DNA from: Candidatus Poribacteria bacterium
Lineage (GTDB): Bacteria; Poribacteria; WGA-4E; PCPOR2b
Direction of reading: 5' to 3'
NCBI GenBank assembly: GCA_965208325.1
Contig: OZ242326.1
Coordinates: 2,144,001-2,208,000 of the forward strand
DNA: 64,000 nucleotides
The translations under genes were made by a program, and so were the position numbers. Positions 20,813 through 30,587 of this stretch are shown here, one piece after another; positions within the stretch are counted from its first letter, which is position 1; each line of letters opens with the position of its first letter. The notes under the pieces are model-generated. The model saw only the letters and a program-made list of their open reading frames with translations, had not been told where the DNA came from and did no database searches.

Positions 20813-21070
20813 ATGATAATCAGCTGCCTCACCGCGAAAAACTGGCGTAATTTTCAATAGATTGATGTACATCTTAGCGAACGCCAGTTTGTTGTAGGCG
20901 CGATTGCGTCCGGAAAATCCAACCTTCTCGGCACTATTCGCTTTCTTCGAGATATCGTAAAAGCGGAGGTCGGACTCCTCCGCTACTTGGAAATATGGGC
21001 TCGGATTTCGCCAAGAAACTCGGGGATATCGCCGTCCCTTCCTCAGCTACGAGCGCGTGTGGAGAAATAA
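20813..21070 (+). pseudogene. Remnant of an ABC/AAA_21-type ATPase (N-terminus only; TAG at 20858-20860)
   Basis: MIISCLTAKNWRNFQ*IDVHL...VVGAIASGKSNLLGTIRFLRDI: degenerate Walker A region. Confidence 0.6.
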
Positions 21071-21183
21071 TGAACGAATCCTCAATAGACCGGATAAACG
21101 AGACGAGGCAGATCCAGATAGACTGACCCAGACCTTTCTTGAACAGATTAATGTTAATGCCAAATTTCGGGAGGGGGCAGCGC

Positions 21184-22290
21184 TTGAGTGTCAGCCATGC
21201 GGATGTTATAATTGTTGGCGGTGGTGTCATCGGTTGTGCGGTTGCTTATAACCTCGCCAAATCTCAGGTAAAGCCGCTTGTAATCGATAAAGCCGGCGGA
21301 GTGGGACGGGAAGCTTCTCGGGCGGGTGCAGGCATATTGGCTTCCCACGCTTCAACGCGAGAACCCTATGCGGAATTGTGCCGTGCGAGCCTTGCGCTTT
21401 ATCCGCCGCTGGCAGAAGAGTTAAAAGCCGAGACGCAGATTGACATTGAGTTTATCCGATCCGGCTCAATCGCCGTATATTCGACTGACGCTGAAAAAAA
21501 TGGCTTGATAAGTCTGGCAGAACGGCGTATCGAGCGCGGCTTTTCTGCTGAAGTGTTGACCGCCGCGCAGGTGTTGGAAATCGAACCCGCCGTCTCAAGA
21601 GATGTGATTGGAGGGGTTCGCTTCCCCCACGATGCGCAGGTCAGAAGTGTCAAACTCTCCAAAGCGCTTGCGAAGGGGGCAGCACAACTGGGGGCGCAGT
21701 TTTTGTTCGGCAACCCAGTCACCGCAATTTTACGCAAGGCAGAACGCGCCGTTGGAGTTGAGGTAAACGGCGAGGCGCACTACGGCGAAACAATCGTAAT
21801 TGCCGCGGGGTGCTGGTCGGGAAAGATGGCTGCGTTCCTCGACTACTCCCTGCCGATTCAACCCGTCCGCGGGCAAATGGTGTTAACTGAAACCACGCCG
21901 CCGCTCTTTCGGCACATCATTGACGGATACGGCGTTTACGTCGTTCCTCGATCAGACGGCAAAGTCCTTATTGGCGCCACAGTTGAATTTGCCGGATTCG
22001 ACAACCGGACAACGTTGGGCGGCATACACGGGCTGATTGAAGCCGGTACCACATTGATGCCGGCGCTCGCCGAAAAGCCGTTCGTACAGGCATGGTCTGG
22101 ATTGCGCCCTTATTCAAAGGGAGGACCTTATCTTGGGAAACTGCCCGGGTACGAAAACGTAATCGCCGCATCAGGACATTTCAAAAATGGCATTCTCCTC
22201 GCGCCGATTACGGGAAAATTAATCGGTGAACTTATAACAACAGGTCGTCCATCAATGTCGCTTGAGCCTTTTCACCTCGGTAAAACGTGA
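21184..22290 (+). CDS. thiO: Glycine oxidase ThiO / FAD-dependent D-amino acid oxidase family
   Basis: GGGVIG, ASRAGAGIL, PVRGQ, WSGLRP, GHFKNGILLAPITG. Confidence 0.75.
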   Translation: MSVSHADVIIVGGGVIGCAVAYNLAKSQVKPLVIDKAGGVGREASRAGAGILASHASTREPYAELCRASLALYPPLAEELKAETQIDIEFIRSGSIAVYSTDAEKNGLISLAERRIERGFSAEVLTAAQVLEIEPAVSRDVIGGVRFPHDAQVRSVKLSKALAKGAAQLGAQFLFGNPVTAILRKAERAVGVEVNGEAHYGETIVIAAGCWSGKMAAFLDYSLPIQPVRGQMVLTETTPPLFRHIIDGYGVYVVPRSDGKVLIGATVEFAGFDNRTTLGGIHGLIEAGTTLMPALAEKPFVQAWSGLRPYSKGGPYLGKLPGYENVIAASGHFKNGILLAPITGKLIGELITTGRPSMSLEPFHLGKT

Positions 22291-22440
22291 AAGATTTGCA
22301 ATAATCTAAAGTAGCGTCCTGACGGGAAAGGTTGACCTGTTCTAATTCGCCGATTGCCACGACTGAAAAATGAGGCGATACACCGAGGTAGATTTTCTCA
22401 TCGTACTGCATCAATTTGGAAAGTCTCTCTAAGTGTAAAC

Positions 22441-23478
22441 ATGACACAACACAAGGCTCCGTTAACAGTAGCCGCGTTTGAAATTGCCGCAATCCTGTTG
22501 CTTCTGTCTTCTGTGACGGCAATCTCCATCGGCTGTGATGACAACAAAGCGCCAGATAAAATCGGCGTCAGCGTGCCAACGGCGAAAGCACCGGTTAATG
22601 TGCTCATGAATAAGGCGATGATTGAGCATGAACAGGAGTACGGGGTCGAGATATTGTGGAATGAGGTGCGGCATGAAGGGCCGCAACAAGATGCCGTCGT
22701 TCTGGAAAGGCGTCAGATTAAAGGCATGTTTGAAGATGGGATTCAGGCACTAATCTTGAATCCCGTCGAGGGGAGTGCCGCATATCCAATTTTATTAGAG
22801 GCGCGCCGCTGGGGTGTGCCTGTTATATCCTTAGACAATATGTTAGCCAGTATGCCGGTGCGAGGGCATGTGGGCGTAAATGAGGTGAGGCTGGGAGAGG
22901 AAGCTGCGAAATACGCCGTTTCGCAGATTGGCCATAAGGGAAACGTCCTACTATTGGAAGGCTCTGCCGGATCTGAATCTCTGCGGAACATTGCAATTGG
23001 GGTATACCGAATTTTAGACAAATATCCTGAGGCGATTCATGTTTTTGCACAACCATCCGCACTCACTGCGGAGGCAGCATTCGATTTTACGAATCGGATG
23101 CTGAAAAACTACGCGGGAAACATCCAAGCAATTATAGCAGTTGACAGCACACTCGCAGTCGGTGCAGTTCGCGGTGTTCAGTTGCACGAGCTTGTAGATA
23201 GAATAGTCACCATAGGGGTTGGTGCGGGAGAAGAAGCGTGCCGCCAAATTATGTCCAAGCAACACGACGCAGAAGTCGACCTGATGCCTTATGAACGAGG
23301 ACTTACCGCGTTCAAGGCTGCTATCTACGCTTTGAAGAATCAATCATTCGCTTATGATGCCCAATTGCCCAATGGTGAGATTTTTACCAAAACGAAATTT
23401 GGTCCCGTTCGCCTCATCACCTCTGCGAATTTTGGCGTTCTCAAGCAGATGTGGCCAGATTTGTTCATCCCAAAATGA
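22441..23478 (+). CDS. Sugar ABC periplasmic binding protein (type I fold), lipoprotein
   Basis: Lipobox-like SIGC, GVPVISLD, GEEAAKY; no cognate permease nearby. Confidence 0.75.
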   Translation: MTQHKAPLTVAAFEIAAILLLLSSVTAISIGCDDNKAPDKIGVSVPTAKAPVNVLMNKAMIEHEQEYGVEILWNEVRHEGPQQDAVVLERRQIKGMFEDGIQALILNPVEGSAAYPILLEARRWGVPVISLDNMLASMPVRGHVGVNEVRLGEEAAKYAVSQIGHKGNVLLLEGSAGSESLRNIAIGVYRILDKYPEAIHVFAQPSALTAEAAFDFTNRMLKNYAGNIQAIIAVDSTLAVGAVRGVQLHELVDRIVTIGVGAGEEACRQIMSKQHDAEVDLMPYERGLTAFKAAIYALKNQSFAYDAQLPNGEIFTKTKFGPVRLITSANFGVLKQMWPDLFIPK

Positions 23479-23500
23479 GCGAACACGTTGACAGATTAGC

Positions 23501-24073
23501 GTGGAGAATCCTATAATGCCTAAACTCGTCGAGGTAATAATTTTCGGCTTTTTCGTTTGCGGTTCCTTTGCGGCAAACTCAGCGGAGACTGACAAACGGC
23601 CTGAGGTCGGCGGCAAAGCACCAGAATTCGCGCTGCAAGACGCAGCCGATCGGACACATTCGCTGAAAAAGCTGCGCGGCAAGGTGGTCGTTCTAATCCT
23701 CGGAAATCGTAAGATACAAAAAGAAGATGACAAATGGGCACATGCCATTCAAAAGGATTATCAAGAAAACAGCCGTATCGCAACGTTCATCATCGCTGAT
23801 ATGCGGAGCGTTCCGCGGTTTGTACCGAAAGCGCTCATTAAGCGGCAACTCAAGAAAAACAAACCGCCCGTAACGCTGTTGCTCGATTGGAAAGGCGAGA
23901 CCCATAAAGCCTACCGGACGCAAAAAGAGATGCCGAACCTGTATGTTGTAAATCCTGACGGTAAGATAGCATTTCACATCAAATCGAATTTCAGTGACGA
24001 GAAATACGAAAAACTGAAAGCTGTCACTGAGAAAGAAATTGCCAAAATTAAGACAAGAAAGGAAATTGAATGA
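23501..24073 (+). CDS. Secreted redoxin-fold (AhpC/TSA-like) protein lacking catalytic Cys
   Basis: GGKAPEFALQD...LRGKVVVL, PNLYVVNPDGKI; no CxxC. Confidence 0.65.
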   Translation: MENPIMPKLVEVIIFGFFVCGSFAANSAETDKRPEVGGKAPEFALQDAADRTHSLKKLRGKVVVLILGNRKIQKEDDKWAHAIQKDYQENSRIATFIIADMRSVPRFVPKALIKRQLKKNKPPVTLLLDWKGETHKAYRTQKEMPNLYVVNPDGKIAFHIKSNFSDEKYEKLKAVTEKEIAKIKTRKEIE

Positions 24074-24612
24074 CGACAAAGGCGTTATCATCAGAAAGTC
24101 CCTTGGTCAGCATTGTCATGGGAAGCGATTCAGATCTTGCGTGCATGGCTGAGGCTGCCAAGATACTAGAAGAATTTGAGGTTCCGTTTGAGATTACAGT
24201 TTCGTCAGCCCACAGATCGCCGGAACGGACGATTGAGTATACCGTAGATGCTCCCGATCGAGGAATTCATGTGATAATTGCGGGCGCCGGACGCGCCGCC
24301 CATCTTGCCGGCGTCATTGCAGCACATACAACGCTTCCGGTGATTGGCGTTCCGGTGGATGGAGGGCCGCTTAACGGGGTTGATGCACTTTACGCAACCG
24401 TTCAAATGCCGCCCGGCATTCCGGTGGCAACGGTCGCAATCGGATCTAGCGGCGCGCGAAACGCGGGCATACTCGCCGTCCAGATTCTCGCATTAAAATT
24501 CCCGGAACTTGACGATAAACTCAAAGCCTACAAAGCCAATCTTAGCGAAGGCGTGGCAAAGAAAGCCGCGCGGTTATCGGAAGTCGGGTATCGTGAGTAT
24601 TTAACAAAATAG
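24070..24612 (+). CDS. purE: N5-CAIR mutase
   Basis: MGSDSD, SAHRSP, AGAGRAAHL, VQMPPG. Confidence 0.97.
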   Translation: MTTKALSSESPLVSIVMGSDSDLACMAEAAKILEEFEVPFEITVSSAHRSPERTIEYTVDAPDRGIHVIIAGAGRAAHLAGVIAAHTTLPVIGVPVDGGPLNGVDALYATVQMPPGIPVATVAIGSSGARNAGILAVQILALKFPELDDKLKAYKANLSEGVAKKAARLSEVGYREYLTK

Positions 24613-24672
24613 TATTCATGCGTATTTCGTAATTTTTCAGGTTTTTTCAAATTCTGAATTAATTCATCAAAC

Positions 24673-25095
24673 ATGGCTGAATCCTTTCGCGCGCATAGTC
24701 CGGAAGAAACACAAGCAATCGGGGTACGCGTAGGGCAAAACCTCAAACCCGGCGACATTGTTGCCCTCATCGGAGACCTTGGGGCAGGCAAAACTTGCCT
24801 GACGCAAGGCATTGCGCGCGGCGCGAAAATCGATCCGAACCAGATTGTCAACAGCCCGTCCTACACCCTGATTAACGAATATGAAGGCGAAATTCCAATT
24901 TACCATATAGACCTTTATCGACTCCAACGGCGGGAAGAGATATTAGATCTGGGATTAGAGGTATATTTTGAGGGAAACGGCATCTGTATCATTGAATGGG
25001 CGGATCGAATGCTCGACCTGCTTCCTGAGGGTTACATGGAGATTAAACTCAACTGGGAAGATGAGTTTGTACGTACAATCGAATTTAACCCTTAA
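24673..25095 (+). CDS. tsaE: tRNA threonylcarbamoyladenosine biosynthesis ATPase
   Basis: GDLGAGKT, SPSYTL, HIDLYRL, IEWA. Confidence 0.95.
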   Translation: MAESFRAHSPEETQAIGVRVGQNLKPGDIVALIGDLGAGKTCLTQGIARGAKIDPNQIVNSPSYTLINEYEGEIPIYHIDLYRLQRREEILDLGLEVYFEGNGICIIEWADRMLDLLPEGYMEIKLNWEDEFVRTIEFNP

Positions 25096-25222
25096 AACCC
25101 GGCTTTACCCGATGGCGGTAAAAGCTAAACACACGGCGAGCATACCGCTATAGAACAAAACGATTCCCCGGTCCAACTCAATAACGAAAAAGGAGCGGCG
25201 CATTTGCGCGCCTCACGTTCCC

Positions 25223-26611
25223 GTGGCAAAGCAACCCAACATCGTGCTCATGGGGGTCGATTCCCTGCGAGCCGATCACATGAGCTGTTACGGCTATCAG
25301 CATTGCACCACACCGCATATTGATCGATTTGCCCAGAGCGGAACGCTCTTTGAGCAAACTTACAGTCCACATATTCCGACAACTAGCGCCTATGCGTCCA
25401 TGCTCACCGGCATGGATTGTTTCAGTACGCAGGCCGTTGCGCTGCGGCATAAAGGGCCGCTAAGGCATGAAGTGAAAACCTTGGCGGAGATACTCCATGG
25501 CGCAGGCTATAACACGGCGTGCGTTGGTTTCGAGGGCAACCCAAGCTCACGCGGTTTTGACAAATACTTGGACTACCGTGCCTGGGGCAGTTGGGCAGAA
25601 GGGCGCAGCCCGAAAGCGCAAAATCTCAACAACGCGGCAATTCCGGAACTGGATCGATTGATTAACTTGGGTGACCCATTTTTTTTGTTCCTTCGCCACA
25701 TGGACCCGCACGCCCCCTATTTACCGCCCGAACCGTACGAGCGCATGTTCTACCACGGGGACGAATTCGACCCGCACAATAAATCCATGAAGCCTGTGAT
25801 GGATTTTAAGCCGTTCTGCGATTTTTTCGCCAGTTGGATGCCGCCCGGCATAACGGACAAAGATTACGTCATCGCCCAATACGACGGAGCAATCGCTTAC
25901 ATGGACGCCTGTATTCAGACAATTTTTACAGCCCTCAAAGCCCGTGGCATCCTGGACGAGACCATCGTCGTCATCAACGGCGATCACGGAGAAACGCTCT
26001 ACGACCATGAATGCTGGTTCGATCATCACGGCCTCTACGATCCGACATTGCATGTGCCGTTAATTATCCGATACCCGAGCAAGATTCCCGCCGGCGCGCG
26101 CGCAAGCGGTTATAATCAGCACAAAGACTTGGCGCCAACCATTCTCGAACTGGCAGAAATCGAGACCGAGATTGAATTTGACGGGGTGAGCCTAATTCCC
26201 TTGATTAACGGTGCAGTTTTTTATTACGAAAGTGAATTCTACATTACTGAATGCACCTGGATGCGGAAGCACGGGTGGCGCACGCCAGAATGGAAGTTAA
26301 TTCACGCCCTTGAGCCTGACTTCCATTTTAAGCCGATGGTAGAACTCTATAACCTCATTAAGGACCCTCAAGAAAACGACAATCTTGCGGAAGCAAATCC
26401 AGATATCGTCGCTAAATTAGAGACGCGGATGCAAAGCTGGATTGAAAAGCGCGAAAGTGAAACTGGCATGGAAAACCCCATGATGACGCAAGGGGATTGG
26501 CACGGGCATAACGGCATTGGCCCTTTCAAGACCTCGCAGCAGGCTTATGATACGCTTCATATCGGCAATCCGGGACAAGCTGCGCGAATGCAGGCGGAAG
26601 CCAGAAAATGA
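25223..26611 (+). CDS. Sulfatase-like (alkaline phosphatase superfamily) hydrolase with Thr in place of the FGly precursor
   Basis: DSLRADH, PTTSAYASMLTG, DPHAPY, GDHGE. Confidence 0.85.
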   Translation: MAKQPNIVLMGVDSLRADHMSCYGYQHCTTPHIDRFAQSGTLFEQTYSPHIPTTSAYASMLTGMDCFSTQAVALRHKGPLRHEVKTLAEILHGAGYNTACVGFEGNPSSRGFDKYLDYRAWGSWAEGRSPKAQNLNNAAIPELDRLINLGDPFFLFLRHMDPHAPYLPPEPYERMFYHGDEFDPHNKSMKPVMDFKPFCDFFASWMPPGITDKDYVIAQYDGAIAYMDACIQTIFTALKARGILDETIVVINGDHGETLYDHECWFDHHGLYDPTLHVPLIIRYPSKIPAGARASGYNQHKDLAPTILELAEIETEIEFDGVSLIPLINGAVFYYESEFYITECTWMRKHGWRTPEWKLIHALEPDFHFKPMVELYNLIKDPQENDNLAEANPDIVAKLETRMQSWIEKRESETGMENPMMTQGDWHGHNGIGPFKTSQQAYDTLHIGNPGQAARMQAEARK

Positions 26612-26730
26612 AACTAGCTTTTTTGCGTTTGACCGTTGACTTATCCGCTCATCTTGGTGATATGCAACAACGTTAAAACCTTGTAATTGAACTTGCTTGA
26701 TAGCTCCAACTATAAGGAGGAAAAAAACAG

Positions 26731-26940
26731 ATGCCCATCTATGAATATCAGTGCACAGCATGCGCGTCCAAATTTGAAGCCCTGCAACGCATCAATGCGG
26801 ATAATCAAGATTTAATTTGTCCCATATGCGGTGCACCGGAACCGACCAAGGTCTTCTCACGCTTTGCATCTTTGGGCGTCGAGAGTGGCGGTGCATGTGA
26901 GACAGGCTCTACATGAGCACTGCCTGGATCGGACAGTTAG
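26731..26940 (+). CDS. FmdB-family zinc-ribbon protein, probable selenoprotein (Sec at 26914-26916; ends at 26916 if UGA is a stop)
   Basis: MPIYEYQCTAC...CPIC; tail GGACETGST-UGA-ALPGSDS-TAG; hairpin after the UGA. Confidence 0.75.
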
Positions 26941-26945
26941 TCCGA
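26914..26945 (+). promoter_or_regulatory. Candidate bacterial SECIS element
   Basis: UGA + 12 nt + stem UCGGAC / loop AGUUA / GUCCGA; 18 nt between UGA and loop, G at loop position 2 followed by U. Confidence 0.55.
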
Positions 26946-27180
26946 ATATGATAGCGCAGTTGAAGACCTTTGTGTCTGGTAATGGGCAGTGACCCCAATT
27001 GTTTGGGCACAAATTGTGCCGATTCCCGCGTAGTCTTTACGTATGAATATAGGAGTGGGCGAACGTTGACTACGATGGTATGTAAAATAGCCAACGTCCA
27101 TCTTTTCTTTTTTGAGAGATTGAGGCATAATCGGAGGTGAATGCCTCTCCCGCTTCCTTCCTAATTGATCGGCTTAAGAG

Positions 27181-27387
27181 TTAATCCGCTACTGGAATCG
27201 AATCCAATAGTTTCTTCAACCCTTCAATGCTTTCCAGTGTTTTCATTGCGTTATCAAATGAGCTATTATCAGCATCGAAACTAGTGTGACGCAGTGTCTT
27301 GATGACTTCTCCGATTATTGTTCCTGAATCCAAAACCTTATCAATTACTTCGTTCTTAACATCTTCCGTGAATTGTGTAGTGGGCAT
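27181..27387 (-). CDS. Small hypothetical helical protein
   Basis: SD GGAGG before ATG 27387; 68 aa. Confidence 0.55.
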   Translation of the reverse strand: MPTTQFTEDVKNEVIDKVLDSGTIIGEVIKTLRHTSFDADNSSFDNAMKTLESIEGLKKLLDSIPVAD

Positions 27388-27711
27388 GACATCCTCCGTT
27401 GAATTAGTTTTCTGTTTACGTGCGAACACATGAGTGAGTGCACGTCAGAAGGCGCAAACAACCATGTTTTGACGTCCATCTCCCCGAAGTTTGAGAATTG
27501 GATAGGAGCATAAAGCAAATCCAATTCCACCGTCCATATCTTAACATGAAGTATATTCCTGCCTCAAATATTTTCGCCTTTACTTCCTACAAATTTTAAG
27601 TTGCCAAACGCGCGATTGGTTTGCGATAAATCCGCGACCTACAAAACGTCAATCTTCCCACTGCGTAACGCCAATTAAATTCGGATATCGCTTAAAATTC
27701 AGACAGCATAT

Positions 27712-27728
27712 TGCACAAATTTTGAGCA
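27712..27728. promoter_or_regulatory. NtrC-type enhancer site
   Basis: TGCAC-N7-GAGCA (one mismatch to TGCAC-N7-GTGCA) within the larger palindrome CAGCATATTGC...GCAATATGCTG. Confidence 0.6.
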
Positions 27729-27901
27729 ATATGCTGTTTTTTTTGTTTGGGCTGATTGTATGAGAATTCTTTTTACACAATTTTCTGTTGGCCAAATCGT
27801 GTTGAATAGTGCCGCGAACACTTGAAATTTCTATGTTTACGTTGATAGGAGTGGAGTGATACAATTTAATGCCTATAGCAAGCTAGACGCTAAATTAGGT
27901 T

Positions 27902-27918
27902 TTGGCATCTCTTTTGCT
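27902..27918 (+). promoter_or_regulatory. sigma54 (-24/-12) promoter of the urea cluster
   Basis: TTGGCATCTCTTTTGCT = GG-N10-GC. Confidence 0.7.
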
Positions 27919-28116
27919 TCTCTTTAAGAGAAATTGAGTGACTAAACAGGATTCTTTTCCTGTTTTTCAATTCTCCTTAAACTCTCTGTTATAACCTGTG
28001 GCGCTCTGGTAGTTTCCGTTAAGTAATTTTTTGAGTTTTAGAGATTAATGTACGGTGTAACAGGATAACAGGTTTTTAAGGCAACGATTTTCTATCACAA
28101 AATTGGAGATTTTTTC

Positions 28117-29058
28117 ATGAAAAAATTTGCATTAACCACACTGCTTTTTGTCGTTCTCGCGTTCACCACAGGTACTCTCAATGCTGAAATAAAGCTGACA
28201 GACAACCTGTCATTATCGGGTTTCCTGGATATGTCAACCGTAATAGGCAGCCATGACGATCACACCGACGCAAGTCTGTCTTTCGATCAGTTCGAGTTGG
28301 ATTTCCATCTCGACTACGGCTCAGTTACCGGGCGTATTGATATTGATAGCACAGACACGGACCAAGGGATTAAACTGGAACAGGGTTTCGTGACATACAC
28401 GCTTCCCGAAGATGTTGTATCCGGCGTAAGCATCACCGCTGGTAGATTTCTCAGTTCGTTCGGCTTTGAAGCCGCAGAGCCGACAGGGCTCTATCAGTAT
28501 TCCTTTTCCGAGGGAATTCCTTATCCGGGTTATCAGAATGGCGTCGCAGTCAATGTCAGTCCCGTAAAAGAGGTCGGCATTTACTTAGCGCTCTTGTCCG
28601 GTGTTTGGGACGTGAACGATACGGATGTGAAAGACCCGGGCGTCGAGGCGCAACTGTCGTTGATGCCTATCGATCAGATTACCGCAAAGGTCGGTTACGC
28701 GATGGATATGTTGGAAGACTATTCACAGTCGGAACTCAACGCTTGGGCGCAATTCACGCAAGGGCCATTGACCCTCGCTGGGGAAATTGACCTCTTGGGC
28801 AACTGGGGTGCCGACGGGAATAACGGCATCCACTTTTTGGGGATGGCGAATGTTTCGCTCGAAGATGCGATTTCCGCGCCGGTTGCGGTTACCCTCCGTT
28901 TCAGCGGCATCAACTTGGATGATACGGACAGCTCTACGGAGTTTACGTTCAGTCCATCTTATGCGGCGACGGACAATTGGCTGCTGCTCGCCGAGTTTAA
29001 ACGGCGAATTGACGCGGAAGAGACCATAATTGCGGCCGAATCCCTTTTCACTTTCTAA
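28117..29058 (+). CDS. Outer-membrane beta-barrel (putative urea/amide porin)
   Basis: Signal peptide, LSGFLDMS, GFEAAEPTGLYQYS, terminal Phe; directly upstream of urtA. Confidence 0.7.
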   Translation: MKKFALTTLLFVVLAFTTGTLNAEIKLTDNLSLSGFLDMSTVIGSHDDHTDASLSFDQFELDFHLDYGSVTGRIDIDSTDTDQGIKLEQGFVTYTLPEDVVSGVSITAGRFLSSFGFEAAEPTGLYQYSFSEGIPYPGYQNGVAVNVSPVKEVGIYLALLSGVWDVNDTDVKDPGVEAQLSLMPIDQITAKVGYAMDMLEDYSQSELNAWAQFTQGPLTLAGEIDLLGNWGADGNNGIHFLGMANVSLEDAISAPVAVTLRFSGINLDDTDSSTEFTFSPSYAATDNWLLLAEFKRRIDAEETIIAAESLFTF

Positions 29059-29104
29059 ATGAAAACCACTTAGTTGAAAAACACTCTTAAGGAGATCATT
29101 AGTT

Positions 29105-30400
29105 ATGTTTAGGTCGAAACCAAAATTGCGCAGTATTGCTACTATAAGTTTACTACTCATAGTTGTTGGGATGTTTAGTGTCACGCCGGTAAACGCCGGG
29201 GATGGCGAAGTAAAAATCGGAATACTGCACTCGTTGAGTGGTACAATGGCAATCTCAGAGACCTCTCTCAAAGACGTCGTTCTGATGGCGGTTGACGAGA
29301 TTAACGCAAATGGCGGCGTAATGGGTAAGCAGGTTAAACCGGTCGTCGTCGATCCCGCCAGCGACTGGGACCTTTTCGCTGAAAAAGCCAAGGATTTGAT
29401 TGTTAAAGAGAAAGTTGCTGTCGTCTTTGGCTGCTGGACCTCTGTGAGCCGAAAGTCTGTACTTCCGGTTTTTGAGGAAAATAACTCCCTGCTTTTCTAC
29501 CCGGTGCAGTATGAAGGTGAGGAACAGTCGCTCAACGTCTTCTACACCGCTGCCACTCCTAACCAACAGTTGGTTCCCGCGGCTGAGTATATGATGGAAG
29601 AAATCGGGGCAAAAAAATTCTACCTTCTCGGAACCGACTATGTGTTTCCACGCACGGCGAATAAAGTGCTGAAGGCTTACTTGAAAACGAAGGGCGTTCC
29701 CGATGAGAACATCGTCGAGGAGTATACGCCGTTTCACCACCAAGATTATCAAACGATTGTCGGGAAGATTAAGACGTTCGCAGCGGGCGGCGATGCTTGT
29801 GTATTGTCCACAATTAACGGTGACAGCAACGTGCCGTTCTACAAGGAGTTCGCCAACCAAGGGTTGACGTCCGACGACTGCCCGATTATGGCGTTCTCTG
29901 TTGCGGAAGATGAATTGCGCGCGATGGATGTGCCGCCTCTCGTTGGACATCTCGCCACCTGGAATTATTTCCAAAGCATAAATACACCGGAAAACAAGAA
30001 ATTCGTCAAGAACTTCAAGGCGTTCTGCGAGCAGAATAATCTGCCCGGCGGTTCGGATCGGGTCACGGATGACCCAATCGAAGCCGCTTACTTCGGCGTA
30101 TACGTGTGGAAGGCTGCCGTTGAAAAGGCGAAGTCCTTCGATGTTGATAAGGTCCGAGCGGCTGTCTACGGCTTGGAATTTGACGCGCCCGGCGGTAAGA
30201 AGATGATGCACGCCAGCAACCAGCATACGCTCAAGCCGGTATACGTCGGCGAAATTAAGAAGAACGGCCAGTTCAAGATTGTTTACAAGTCAGACGGATT
30301 AGTTTCGCCCGATTCCTACAGCAAATATCTCCACCCGGACGGCAAATTCCCAGCGCCGACAGGCGGTCCGAAGGTTGCTGTTTTATCGTCTGAGGAATAA
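29105..30400 (+). CDS. urtA: Urea ABC transporter substrate-binding protein
   Basis: GILHSLSGTMAISE, FGCWTSVSRKSVLP, FYPVQYEG, STINGDSN. Confidence 0.95.
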   Translation: MFRSKPKLRSIATISLLLIVVGMFSVTPVNAGDGEVKIGILHSLSGTMAISETSLKDVVLMAVDEINANGGVMGKQVKPVVVDPASDWDLFAEKAKDLIVKEKVAVVFGCWTSVSRKSVLPVFEENNSLLFYPVQYEGEEQSLNVFYTAATPNQQLVPAAEYMMEEIGAKKFYLLGTDYVFPRTANKVLKAYLKTKGVPDENIVEEYTPFHHQDYQTIVGKIKTFAAGGDACVLSTINGDSNVPFYKEFANQGLTSDDCPIMAFSVAEDELRAMDVPPLVGHLATWNYFQSINTPENKKFVKNFKAFCEQNNLPGGSDRVTDDPIEAAYFGVYVWKAAVEKAKSFDVDKVRAAVYGLEFDAPGGKKMMHASNQHTLKPVYVGEIKKNGQFKIVYKSDGLVSPDSYSKYLHPDGKFPAPTGGPKVAVLSSEE

Positions 30401-30587
30401 TTGAGATTGTTGCCTGCCGTCAGAATGTAGCTTCGTCGGCTATAATCGAGCGGCGTAAATCAAGCGTTCGCAAAGCGTAAGGCGTCCTATGGCGTTTTGC
30501 GTTTTGCGAACTTCATTTTACAATTCGAACCGTCGCGACACCAAAATCCTTCCCGTTTCTTACGTAGGCAATCCAAGGTGCACTCCC

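Noticed and set aside
27028..27074. Purine riboswitch (CGTAGTC...GACTACG)
   Set aside because: Lacks the TTTCTACC core and lies between convergent genes; more likely a simple hairpin
29255..30226. 323-aa minus-strand ORF
   Set aside because: Antisense shadow of urtA with no recognisable motifs
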